DNA of 64,000 nt from Moraxellaceae bacterium (GTDB lineage: Bacteria > Pseudomonadota > Gammaproteobacteria > Burkholderiales > Rhodocyclaceae), in contig JAVHYF010000010.1 of NCBI GenBank assembly GCA_031119205.1, positions 49,371 to 113,370 on the forward strand, given 5' to 3'. Each line of letters begins with the position of its first letter. Position 1 is the stretch's first letter. The position numbers and the translations under genes are program-made. The notes under the pieces were generated by a model that worked only from the letters and a program-made list of their open reading frames with translations, did no database searches and was not told the DNA's origin. This document shows, one piece after another, positions 40,458-49,291 of the stretch.

Positions 40458-41252
40458 ATGACGACCGAAGACCAGATCCGTTTCAAGGACGGCTCCGCCT
40501 ACGAACGCTACATGGGCAAGTGGAGCCAGCTGGCGGGAGAGTACTTCCTCGACTGGCTGGCCCCGCAGGCGGGATTGCGGTGGTTGGACGTGGGTTGCGG
40601 CAACGGCGCCTTCACGGAAATGTTCATCGAACGCTGCGCGCCTGCCGGTGTGCATGGCATCGATCCATCCGAGCAGCAACTCGCCTTCGCGCGCACGCGA
40701 CCTGCGCTGCACGCCGCTGATTTCCGCCAGGGCGACGCGATGGCCTTGCCCTATGCCGACAACAGCTTCGATGTTGCCGTCATGCCGCTGGTGATCTTTT
40801 TCGTGCCCGACCCCGCCCGTGGGGTGGCGGAGATGGCGCGTGTCGTATCTCCTGGCGGGTCGGTCTCGGCCTATGGCTGGGACATGACCGGTGGCGGCTT
40901 TCCGTATGAAGTGTTGCTCGCCGAATTGCGCAGCATGGGTTTCACGGTGCCGACGCCGCCGAGCCCTGAGGCCTCGCGGATCGATGTACTGCAGGGTCTA
41001 TGGGCCGGCGCGGGTCTGGAAGCGGTCGAGACCTGCGAGATCACCGTACAGAGAAGCTTCCAGGGATTCGAGGATTTCTGGGCGACCGCGCTCGGCGCAC
41101 CCAGCGTCGGGCTGATCCTCGCGAAGATGTCACCGGCCGATACGGACGTATTGCGATCGCGGGTCAAGGCGAATTTGCCTGCCGAGAATGCGGCCGGCCA
41201 GATCACCTGCACGGCTCGCGCCAACGCAGTGAAGGGCTTCGTCCCGCGGTAG
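40458..41252 (+). CDS. Class I SAM-dependent methyltransferase
   Basis: YERYMGKWS, WLDVGCGNG, GIDPSEQQL, GDAMALPY; SD GAAGGAG. Confidence 0.9.
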   Translation: MTTEDQIRFKDGSAYERYMGKWSQLAGEYFLDWLAPQAGLRWLDVGCGNGAFTEMFIERCAPAGVHGIDPSEQQLAFARTRPALHAADFRQGDAMALPYADNSFDVAVMPLVIFFVPDPARGVAEMARVVSPGGSVSAYGWDMTGGGFPYEVLLAELRSMGFTVPTPPSPEASRIDVLQGLWAGAGLEAVETCEITVQRSFQGFEDFWATALGAPSVGLILAKMSPADTDVLRSRVKANLPAENAAGQITCTARANAVKGFVPR

Positions 41253-41260
41253 CGGGTGCC

Positions 41261-41695
41261 TCAGGCCTGCAGGGAGCGTCGCCGCACGCACTCCACATAC
41301 GCCACGGCATCCAGCGGCTTGCCCTCGCGCTGGGCCCTCCAGATCGTCTCACCCAGGCACTCCAGCACGTCATGCAGGGCATCGTGCTGTTCGCCACCGT
41401 GCCGCTGTATCGCCATCTCGAAGGCAGCCCGGATGCCGGGGGGCTGGTCGATGCTCAATTGCTCTTCGATGGCGAGATGCAGCGAGAGGTGCAGGAAGGG
41501 ATTGATTTTGCCGTCTTCCGGCGAGAAGTCGCGATGCAACGCATCCTCGTCGGCCAGCAGCGCATGGAATTCCGGATGCAGCAGGATGATGCGCACACCG
41601 ATGTCCTCCATCGGCGTCAGAGGCGTCTTGTCGTTGTACTTGCGCCAGGCGTCGGCGAAGAAGGCGCGGGCCTGGTCGCGGCTGGGGTTATACAT
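41261..41695 (-). CDS. DUF1841-family protein
   Basis: MYNPSRDQARAFF, ILLHPEFH, NPFLHLSLHLAIEEQLSIDQPPGI. Confidence 0.85.
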   Translation of the reverse strand: MYNPSRDQARAFFADAWRKYNDKTPLTPMEDIGVRIILLHPEFHALLADEDALHRDFSPEDGKINPFLHLSLHLAIEEQLSIDQPPGIRAAFEMAIQRHGGEQHDALHDVLECLGETIWRAQREGKPLDAVAYVECVRRRSLQA

Positions 41696-42245
41696 CGCGG
41701 GGGACCTCCGACAGGGCGTGCGCGGGCTCATTGGCCGCCTTGGCCAGGCGCTTGTCGCGCATCAGCCGCCAGATGGTGGTGCAGTTGACGATGGCGATCA
41801 CGATCTCCAGCGCGGTGCCGCCGTAGGAGCCGGTGACGATGTTGTTGGCCAGCCACAGCAGGGTGCCGACCAGCATCAGCATGCGCATCGGGATGCCTTG
41901 CAGCAGGAACAGCGCGAGCGTGCCGGTGCAGGACGCGATCAGCGGCAGCCAGTCGGTCCAGGTCTTCACGAGTGCGAGGCCCAGCGCGATGTTGACCGCG
42001 ACGATGGTCAGCGCCACCCATAGCGAACGGGTGTAGAGCGACAGCACCGAGCGCACCACCGACACGATGGAGCTGGCGGTGGCGGTGTAGTTGCCCAGCA
42101 TGTAGAAGTGCAGCGCATAGGCGATGCACTCGCCGGTCATGTAGAGCTTGAAGCGGCGATCGTTCTTCTGCAGGAAGGAGCCGACGCCGAGGATGAAGGC
42201 GGCGTAGCCCAGGATCTGGGCGAAGGAGAATGCGTCGTGCAGCAT
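41688..42245 (-). CDS. YgjV-like inner membrane protein
   Basis: AQILGYAAF, HFYMLGNYTA, WLANNIVTGSYGG; multiple TM helices. Confidence 0.75.
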   Translation of the reverse strand: MLHDAFSFAQILGYAAFILGVGSFLQKNDRRFKLYMTGECIAYALHFYMLGNYTATASSIVSVVRSVLSLYTRSLWVALTIVAVNIALGLALVKTWTDWLPLIASCTGTLALFLLQGIPMRMLMLVGTLLWLANNIVTGSYGGTALEIVIAIVNCTTIWRLMRDKRLAKAANEPAHALSEVPRDV

Positions 42246-42279
42246 GAAGTCTGTTGTTGATGCGCGGTAGTGGAGCGGG

Positions 42280-43521
42280 TCAGGCGGGTGCGGCGGGAGC
42301 AGGTGGGGTGGAGACGAGTTTCTCGCGCCGGGTGAGGTCGGGGAAGAGCTTCATCCAGATGGCGACGACGGCTAGTGTGCCGAGCCCGCCGACCACCACG
42401 GAGGGGACAACGCCCCACCAGGCGGCGGTAGCGCCGGACTCGAATTCGCCGAGCTGGTTGGATGCGCCGATAAAGATGGAATTCACCGCGCTGACGCGGC
42501 CACGCATCTCGTTGGGCGTTTCAAGTTGCACCAGCGACTGGCGGATGACCACGCTGTTCATGTCCGCCGCGCCGGAGATCAGCAGCACGAACAGCGACAG
42601 CAGGAAGGACGTGGACAGCGCAAACACCAGCATGCACACGCCGAAGACCGCCACCGAGGCGAACATCACCTTGCCGACGCGGCGTTCGATGGGGTTGTGC
42701 ACCAGCCACAGCGACATGGCGAGCGCACCGACTGCTGGCGCCGAGCGCAACAGGCCGAGGCCCCAGGGACCGACGTGCAGGATCTCCTTGGCGAAGATGG
42801 GCAGCAGCGCGGTGGCGCCGCCGAGCAGCACGGCGAAGAGGTCTAGGGATATGGCGCCCAGCACCGCCTTGCGCTGCCAGATGAAGGTCATGCCGGCGAA
42901 GATGCTGGTCAGCGTGACCGGCTCGCGCGTGGTGGTGGGCGTGTGGTCGTAGCGGACGCTGGCGAACAGCATGGCGGCAGCGAGAAACATGACGCCGGCC
43001 ACGAGATACACGACCTGCGCGCCCGCCACGTAGATGAAGCCGCCGATGGCCGGGCCGACGATGATGCCGGCCTGCGCGCCGGACGAATTGAACGCCAGCG
43101 CGCGCGGCAGCACTGCGGCCGGTACCAGCAGTGGCGACAGCGCCTGTTGCGCCGGCATCTGGAAGGCCTTGGCGATGCCCAGCAGCACGGAGGCGACGAG
43201 GATGGTCTCGCGGTTGATCCAGCCACCCAGCGTGGCCCACACCAGGCCTAGCGAAATCAGCACCTCGGCGGCGACGCACAGCGACAGGATGCGGCGGCGG
43301 TCGTAGCGGTCAGCCACCTGGCCGACGACGAGGATGAGCGCGAGCGAGGGGAGGAACTGGCACAGGCCGACGAGACCCAGGTCCCAGGCGCTGTTGGTGA
43401 GGTCGTACATCTGCCAGCCCACCGCCACCATCATCATCTGGTTGCCCATCGTGGTCGCCACGCGACCGAACCAGAAACGCAGGAATGAGGGGTACTGAAA
43501 GACGGGATTGCGACCTTGCAT
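42280..43521 (-). CDS. MFS transporter (EntS/H+ antiporter-like)
   Basis: VAVGWQMYDLTNSAWDLGLVGL, GQVADRYDRRR, SLDLFAVLLGGATALLP, MRGRV; start placed at MQGRNP. Confidence 0.9.
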   Translation of the reverse strand: MQGRNPVFQYPSFLRFWFGRVATTMGNQMMMVAVGWQMYDLTNSAWDLGLVGLCQFLPSLALILVVGQVADRYDRRRILSLCVAAEVLISLGLVWATLGGWINRETILVASVLLGIAKAFQMPAQQALSPLLVPAAVLPRALAFNSSGAQAGIIVGPAIGGFIYVAGAQVVYLVAGVMFLAAAMLFASVRYDHTPTTTREPVTLTSIFAGMTFIWQRKAVLGAISLDLFAVLLGGATALLPIFAKEILHVGPWGLGLLRSAPAVGALAMSLWLVHNPIERRVGKVMFASVAVFGVCMLVFALSTSFLLSLFVLLISGAADMNSVVIRQSLVQLETPNEMRGRVSAVNSIFIGASNQLGEFESGATAAWWGVVPSVVVGGLGTLAVVAIWMKLFPDLTRREKLVSTPPAPAAPA

Positions 43522-43528
43522 CCCGCAA

Positions 43529-44419
43529 TTATCGCCCGAAAGGATCGTCCTCGTCCGGGGGGCGAGAGTCTTGCGGGAGTTGCCGAACCCTTGTTTCGTC
43601 GGACGTTCTTGCGTCAGGGGCGTTGGCTGATGTGTGGCGGGCTGTGTCTCGCGGTGGGACAGGATTCGGGGCACGGTTGGCCGCAGCGTTCGGGGCACGC
43701 GACGGATCGAACGCCGGCTCGTATTCGCCGCAGGCTTCCATGCGCGCCCTTTCTCGGCGGAAGTAGGCCTGCAGCGTCTGCTCCGGCTCGTCGCGCCAGG
43801 TCTCGCCCAGTGTGTCCAGCGCCTGGATGCGGTCGATGCGGAAGCTGCGGAAGTCGTTGCGCAACTCGCACCAGGCCACCAGCGTCCACGCCCGGCCCCA
43901 GTACAGCGTGCCCAGCGGCCGCACCAGGCGCTCGCTGCTGTCGCCGCCTTCGGTTTCGTACTGCAGGCGCAGCTTGCGGCGCATCTCGGTGGCGGCCATC
44001 ACGCTGTCCAGCATGTGGCGCGTCATGTCGTCGAAGCCGTAGGTCGGCGCGTAGAGCTGAAGGCGCTCGGCCGCTGCGCGTTCCGCCGCCGGCAACACGC
44101 TCATGATCTTGCCCAGCGCGTTCTCCGCGGCCTGTGCCTGGATGCTGCCGATGCGATCGCGCGCGATGCGCACCACCGCCACCAGCGCCTGCGCCTCGGC
44201 GCGGCTGAACATCAGCGGCGGCAACTCGTAGCCGGCGCCCATGCGGTAGCCGACGCCTGCCTCGCCTTCGAGCGGCACGCCCTGGGCGATCAGGTCCGCG
44301 ACGTCGCGGTAGATGGTCCGCTCGCTGACTTCCAGCCGTTCCGCCAGGTATGCGGCGGTCGACAGGCGGCGGCCGCGCACCAGCTCGACGATGCGGAACA
44401 GGCGGTCGGCACGTCTCAT
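43529..44419 (-). CDS. YafY-family HTH-WYL transcriptional regulator
   Basis: MRRADRLFRIV, LEVSERTIYRDV HTH, LPPLMFS, WTLVAWCELRNDFRSFRIDRI WYL domain; about 60-aa low-complexity tail. Confidence 0.92.
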   Translation of the reverse strand: MRRADRLFRIVELVRGRRLSTAAYLAERLEVSERTIYRDVADLIAQGVPLEGEAGVGYRMGAGYELPPLMFSRAEAQALVAVVRIARDRIGSIQAQAAENALGKIMSVLPAAERAAAERLQLYAPTYGFDDMTRHMLDSVMAATEMRRKLRLQYETEGGDSSERLVRPLGTLYWGRAWTLVAWCELRNDFRSFRIDRIQALDTLGETWRDEPEQTLQAYFRRERARMEACGEYEPAFDPSRAPNAAANRAPNPVPPRDTARHTSANAPDARTSDETRVRQLPQDSRPPDEDDPFGR

Positions 44420-44435
44420 CGCTGCACCCCGGTGC

Positions 44436-44732
44436 TCAACGGTTTTCCTGCTTGAGGTACCAGGCACCTGCCGGCATGCCGTCCAGCAGCGGGAGCACGG
44501 CGGCAAAGGCCTCGGGTGGCGCGCTCGCCAGCGAGGCCGCATGCGCTTCCGCGCTCTCCCAGCGCTCGACTACGATGAAGCGGGCCGGGCGCTCGCAGTC
44601 CTGCAGCAGCTCGCAGCCGAGATTGCCGGCAGACGCGCGGATGAAGGGCAGTACGGTGGTGGCGAAGAAGCTGCGCAGCGCCTGTTCCTGGCCTTCGCGC
44701 GCGCTGAATTCGCCGATGCGGTGCAGGGACAT
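44436..44732 (-). CDS. ABM-family monooxygenase
   Basis: GNLGCELLQD, FIVVERWESAEAHAAS. Confidence 0.8.
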   Translation of the reverse strand: MSLHRIGEFSAREGQEQALRSFFATTVLPFIRASAGNLGCELLQDCERPARFIVVERWESAEAHAASLASAPPEAFAAVLPLLDGMPAGAWYLKQENR

Positions 44733-44746
44733 GGCTGTTTTCTCCT

Positions 44747-45334
44747 TCATCGTGAATGTACGGGAGGCCGTTTGCGCCGGTAATGCAGCTGCACCAGCCC
44801 GCCCGCGAGTTGGCGGGAGGATAGCAATTCCAGGTGGGTCATCGTCTCGTCGGCCTGCAGTAACGGAATGCCCTTGCCGAGGATCACCGGCACGATGCTG
44901 ACGATGTAGTCGGTGATCAGCCCCTCTGCGCGGAAGCTGCGGGCCAGCGCCGCGCCACCCATCAGCCACACGCGCTGCTGGCCGGCCGCGTGGGCAGCCG
45001 CCAGCACGCTGCGCGGACTGGCGGCGCTGACCCGCACGCTGGCCTGCGGCGGGTTCAGCGGCTTGTGACTCATCACCCAGCAGGGCGTGTCGCCATAGGG
45101 CCAGGGTGTGTCCGGGCCGAGCAGGGCGAGGGATTGCTCATACGTGTGGCGACCCATGATCAGCGCGTCGATGCCGGCGAAGAATTCGCCGAAGCCGAAG
45201 TCTTCGCCATCCGGGTCGATGGGCGGCAGCCAGTCGGTGCCGCCGTCCTCGGCGGCGATGAAGCCGTCGAGGCTGCAGGCGACGTAGTAGCAGACGCTGC
45301 TCACGGCGGCGGGTGCGCTGGTGGCGGGCGTCAT
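44747..45334 (-). CDS. Dihydrofolate reductase-like (RibD C-terminal) protein
   Basis: YYVACSLDGFIA, LIMGRHTYE, VWLMGG, PVILGKGIPL. Confidence 0.88.
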   Translation of the reverse strand: MTPATSAPAAVSSVCYYVACSLDGFIAAEDGGTDWLPPIDPDGEDFGFGEFFAGIDALIMGRHTYEQSLALLGPDTPWPYGDTPCWVMSHKPLNPPQASVRVSAASPRSVLAAAHAAGQQRVWLMGGAALARSFRAEGLITDYIVSIVPVILGKGIPLLQADETMTHLELLSSRQLAGGLVQLHYRRKRPPVHSR

Positions 45335-45341
45335 CGGCCGG

Positions 45342-45722
45342 TCAGCGATCAGCATGCAGACCGACACGATTGCCCTCGCTGTCCTGGATGACTGCAAAGA
45401 CGCCCATGTCGTCGGGCAGTTCGGTACGTGGCGTCAGCAGCTTGCCGCCAGCGGCCGTCACGCGGGCCAGCACCGGGTCCAGCGCCGGGCTGGCGTTGAG
45501 ATACACCGTCGTTCCGTCCAGCGAAGGCTTGTTCTGGCTGGTGACAAGGGCGCCGCCGATGCCTTCCTGCGAGAAGCTGACGAACACCATGTCGGTGCCG
45601 GCGAAGTTCATGCGCTCCAGCGGGCGGGCGAGCAGGGTCTGGTAGAACTGGTGCGCACGGCCCAGGTCGGTGACCGGGATTTCGAACCAGTTGATGGCGT
45701 TGTTCTGGTTGGGGCTGGACAT
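45342..45722 (-). CDS. VOC/glyoxalase-family protein
   Basis: INWFEIPVTD, GTTVYL, AGGKLL, DSEGNRVGLH; SD AGGAG. Confidence 0.9.
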   Translation of the reverse strand: MSSPNQNNAINWFEIPVTDLGRAHQFYQTLLARPLERMNFAGTDMVFVSFSQEGIGGALVTSQNKPSLDGTTVYLNASPALDPVLARVTAAGGKLLTPRTELPDDMGVFAVIQDSEGNRVGLHADR

Positions 45723-45771
45723 GATCGACTCCTATCGGGGGTGAAGGAGCCGCCATGCTGCGCGTGCGCTG

Positions 45772-45789
45772 CTGACAGCATTCTGTCAG
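45772..45789. promoter_or_regulatory. Palindromic candidate operator upstream of the VOC-to-YafY cluster
   Basis: Perfect CTGACAG-N4-CTGTCAG, 49 nt upstream of the VOC start. Confidence 0.6.
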
Positions 45790-45805
45790 GAGGCTGGCGG
45801 GAGAT

Positions 45806-45841
45806 CAGATTGCAGGCCAGATTGCAGGCCGGATTGCAGAC
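45806..45841. repeat. Three tandem 12-bp repeats
   Basis: CAGATTGCAGGC, CAGATTGCAGGC, CGGATTGCAGAC. Confidence 0.85.
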
Positions 45842-45886
45842 GTATGGCTGCTGCGGCTGCCATGCCGTTTTCCAGCGTGCGCGGCG

Positions 45887-46846
45887 TCAGTTCCCGCCAG
45901 TGCTGGTCGCAGCGGGCAGGGGCGCGGCCGGCACCGTACCCAGCGGCAGCGCAGGTATGGCGGCCGTCAGCGTACTGTTCGTGCTGACCTGCTGGATCGC
46001 ATGCCGCCATTGTTCGCCGGCCACCATGCCCGCATTGGCGTGACGCGCGCCAGGGACGATCAGCAATTCCTTCGGCCCTTTGGCGAGCTCGAAAAGTTGC
46101 TGGCTCATCGCGACCGGCACCATGCCATCCCGTTCACCGTGGATGAACAGCGTTGGCACACTCACCTTGGCGATCTTGTCGCGCGAGGAAAAGTGCTGGG
46201 TCAGGATGAAGGACACCGGCAACCAGCCATAGCCGCGCACTTCCGCCATGTCCGCCATCGAGGTGAAGCTGCTCTCCACGATCAGTGCGCCGGCATCCGG
46301 CACGCGGCTGGCGAGGTCGATCGCTACCGCGCCACCGAGCGAGTGGCCGTAGATGACCCGGCGCGAGGCCTGCGGTGCCAGCCTCGCCAGCTCCTTCCAC
46401 GCGGCCTGCGCGTCGGCGTAGAGCGCCGGTTCGTCGGGTACGCCCGGGCTGCTGCGGCCGAAGCCACGATAGTCGATGGCCAGCACCGAGTAACCGAGCG
46501 TCGCCAGCCGCTCCACGATGCCCAGGTTGTAGCCCATGTTGCCGGCGTTACCGTGCAGGAACAGCAGGGCAGGCGCGTCCGCCTCGCGCGCCGGCATCCA
46601 CCAGCCATGCACCTTGCCGTCCTTGAAGCTGCCGGCTGCCGGCGTGTCGATCCACACGTCCTGGTAGCTCAGGCCGGCGTTGTCCGGCGTGCGCTCCAGT
46701 TGCGCACTGGGGCGATAGATCAGGCCACGCTGCCAGCCATCGACGCTCTGGCAGGCCGTAGCGCCCAGCAGAATGAAAACGGCCGCGCACAGCGCGCCCA
46801 AAACGGCACGGGGGCGGAAGGAACGGGGAAAGGGGCTGCGCAACAT
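45887..46846 (-). CDS. Alpha/beta hydrolase (ABHD13/Bem46-like), possible lipoprotein
   Basis: LFLHGNAGN, DYRGFG, YGHSLGGAVA, IHGERD, GARH; LGATAC possible lipobox; start placed at MLRSPF. Confidence 0.85.
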   Translation of the reverse strand: MLRSPFPRSFRPRAVLGALCAAVFILLGATACQSVDGWQRGLIYRPSAQLERTPDNAGLSYQDVWIDTPAAGSFKDGKVHGWWMPAREADAPALLFLHGNAGNMGYNLGIVERLATLGYSVLAIDYRGFGRSSPGVPDEPALYADAQAAWKELARLAPQASRRVIYGHSLGGAVAIDLASRVPDAGALIVESSFTSMADMAEVRGYGWLPVSFILTQHFSSRDKIAKVSVPTLFIHGERDGMVPVAMSQQLFELAKGPKELLIVPGARHANAGMVAGEQWRHAIQQVSTNSTLTAAIPALPLGTVPAAPLPAATSTGGN

Positions 46847-46978
46847 CGGGCAATTGAGCCGCATCGCGTTGAAAGGTTCAATCCGTACTCCTGCGGAGCC
46901 GGCAATACGGAGATCGACGTAGCGCCCGCCACCGCGCCACCATTGAGCGAGCGCGCCGAGCGTGGCACCCTCGCCGCC

Positions 46979-49291
46979 ATGAAAAAAGAAACCCACAAGG
47001 CCGCCGCCACCCACGAGCAAGGCAGCGCCCCCGACGCTACGGGGCCGGTCGCCGGTGGCTGGGGCGCGCTGCGCGCCGTCGGCCATACCCTGGCGGAGCA
47101 CGGCGCGGCGCGCGGCGTGCTGACCCTGCGCAACGTAAACCAGCCCACCGGCTTCGACTGCCCCGGCTGCGCCTGGCCGGACCCGGCGCACGCCTCCAGC
47201 TTCGAGTTCTGCGAAAACGGCGTGAAGGCGGTGATGAACGAAGCCACCAGCCGTCGCGCGACGCCCGATGTGCTGGCCGCACGCACGGTCAGCGAATGGC
47301 GGCAGCGCGACGACATCGAGCTGGAGGCGCTCGGCCGCCTCACCGAGCCGATGCGCTACGACGCGACGACCGACCGTTACGTCGCGGCGGGCTGGGACGA
47401 AGCCTTCGCCGACATCGCCACCACGCTGAAAGGCCTCGCGTCGCCGGACGAAGCGCTGTTCTACACCTCCGGCCGCACCTCGAACGAAGCTGCCTTCCTG
47501 TACCAGTTGTTCGTGCGCGCCTTCGGCACCAACAACCTCCCGGATTGCTCGAACATGTGTCATGAGCCCTCCGGCGTCGGCCTCAAGGCCACCATCGGGG
47601 TCGGCAAGGGCACGGTGACGCTGGAGGACTTCGATCATGCCGATGCCATCTTCATCTTCGGCCAGAATCCCGGCACCAATCACCCACGCATGCTGGGCAC
47701 GCTGCGCGAAGCCAGCAAGCGTGGCGCGGAGATCGTCGTCTTCAACCCGCTGCGCGAGCGTGGGCTGGAGCGTTTCACCGATCCGAAGGCCACCGGCGAG
47801 ATGCTGTCGGGTGGCAGCACGCGCATCGCCTCGCATTACTTCCAGCCGAAGATCGGCGGCGACATCGCCGTGGTGCTGGGCATCGCGCATTGCGTCTTGA
47901 AGCGCGCACGCAGCGAGCCGGGTCTGATCGACGGGGACTTCATCCGCACGCATACCACCGGCTTTGATGCCTGGCGTACGCACGTGGAGTCGCTGGACCC
48001 GGCCCAGCTTGCCGATGAGGCCGGGCTGGAATGGACGAGCATCGAGGCAGCGGCAGATCTGTACATGAAGAGCGGCGCCACGATCCTCACCTGGGGCATG
48101 GGCATCACCCAGCATCCGCGCGCGGTGCAGACCATCCAGCAGTTTTCGGCGCTGATGTGCCTGCGCGGCAACATCGGCCGTGCCGGGGCCGGCCTGTGTC
48201 CGGTGCGCGGCCACTCCAACGTGCAGGGCGACCGCACGATGGGCATCTACGAGAAGCCGGCGCCGGCCTTCCTCGACCGCATGGAGGCCGCCACCGGCAT
48301 CCGCATGCCGCGAGCGCATGGCCACGACACGGTGGACGCCATCCGCGCGATGGAGGATGGGCGCGCAAAATTCTTCTTCGCGCTGGGCGGCAACTTCGCC
48401 GCTGCGACGCCGGACACCGAACGCACCTGGGCGGCGCTGGCCGCCTGCGAGATGACGGTGCATGTGTCCACCAAGCCGAACCGCAGCCACTTCGTGACCG
48501 GCCGCAAGGCGTGGATCCTGCCGACCCTCGGACGCACCGAGCGTGACGAGGTGGACGGTGTGCCGCAGAGCGTGTCGGTGGAAGATTCCATGAGCATGGT
48601 GCACCTGTCCGCCGGCATGAACCGGCCGGCTTCGCCGCACCTGTTGTCCGAGCCGGCTATCGTCGCGCGACTGGCCGCCGCCACCTTGCCGCCGGGGCCG
48701 GTGGACTGGCTGGCGCTGGCACGCGACTACCGCCGCATCCGTGCGCTGATCGAGCAGGCTATCGACGGTTTTGCGGACTTCAACGCGCGGGTGGAGAAGC
48801 CGCTGGGCTTCCACCTGCGCAATGCCGCCCGCGAGCGGGAATGGCTCACTGCCAGCGGGCTGGCCGAATTCCGCATCGCGCCCCTGACCGCCGATACGGC
48901 TTACCGCCGTGCACTGAGCCAGGATGCGCAGGTCTTCCACCTGATGACGGTGCGCAGCCACGACCAGTACAACACCACGATCTACGGCCTGGACGACCGT
49001 TACCGCGACGTCCGTGGCGAGCGCCGCGTGCTGTTCATCCACGCCGACGACATCGCCGCGCTGGGCCTGCGACCCGATGACCGCGTGGATATCGAGAGTG
49101 CCTACGCGGAAGGGCCGCTGCGACGGGCGCCGGGCTTCCGCCTGCAGCCGCACGACATCCCGCGTGGCTGCCTGGCCGCCTACTTCCCGGAGACGAATGC
49201 GCTGGTGGCGCTGGACAACGTGGCGGTGGGTGCCGGCACGCCGGCATCCAAGTCGATTCCCGTGCGGCTGGTGCCTGCGGTGCGCGCATGA
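46979..49291 (+). CDS. FdhF/YdeP-family molybdopterin oxidoreductase
   Basis: GFDCPGCAWPD, EFCENG, YTSGRTSNE, DCSNMCHE, RGHSNVQG, TVRSHDQYNTTIYG. Confidence 0.93.
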   Translation: MKKETHKAAATHEQGSAPDATGPVAGGWGALRAVGHTLAEHGAARGVLTLRNVNQPTGFDCPGCAWPDPAHASSFEFCENGVKAVMNEATSRRATPDVLAARTVSEWRQRDDIELEALGRLTEPMRYDATTDRYVAAGWDEAFADIATTLKGLASPDEALFYTSGRTSNEAAFLYQLFVRAFGTNNLPDCSNMCHEPSGVGLKATIGVGKGTVTLEDFDHADAIFIFGQNPGTNHPRMLGTLREASKRGAEIVVFNPLRERGLERFTDPKATGEMLSGGSTRIASHYFQPKIGGDIAVVLGIAHCVLKRARSEPGLIDGDFIRTHTTGFDAWRTHVESLDPAQLADEAGLEWTSIEAAADLYMKSGATILTWGMGITQHPRAVQTIQQFSALMCLRGNIGRAGAGLCPVRGHSNVQGDRTMGIYEKPAPAFLDRMEAATGIRMPRAHGHDTVDAIRAMEDGRAKFFFALGGNFAAATPDTERTWAALAACEMTVHVSTKPNRSHFVTGRKAWILPTLGRTERDEVDGVPQSVSVEDSMSMVHLSAGMNRPASPHLLSEPAIVARLAAATLPPGPVDWLALARDYRRIRALIEQAIDGFADFNARVEKPLGFHLRNAAREREWLTASGLAEFRIAPLTADTAYRRALSQDAQVFHLMTVRSHDQYNTTIYGLDDRYRDVRGERRVLFIHADDIAALGLRPDDRVDIESAYAEGPLRRAPGFRLQPHDIPRGCLAAYFPETNALVALDNVAVGAGTPASKSIPVRLVPAVRA

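Noticed and set aside
45806-45841. CRISPR array
   Set aside because: 12-bp contiguous repeats with no spacers and no cas genes.
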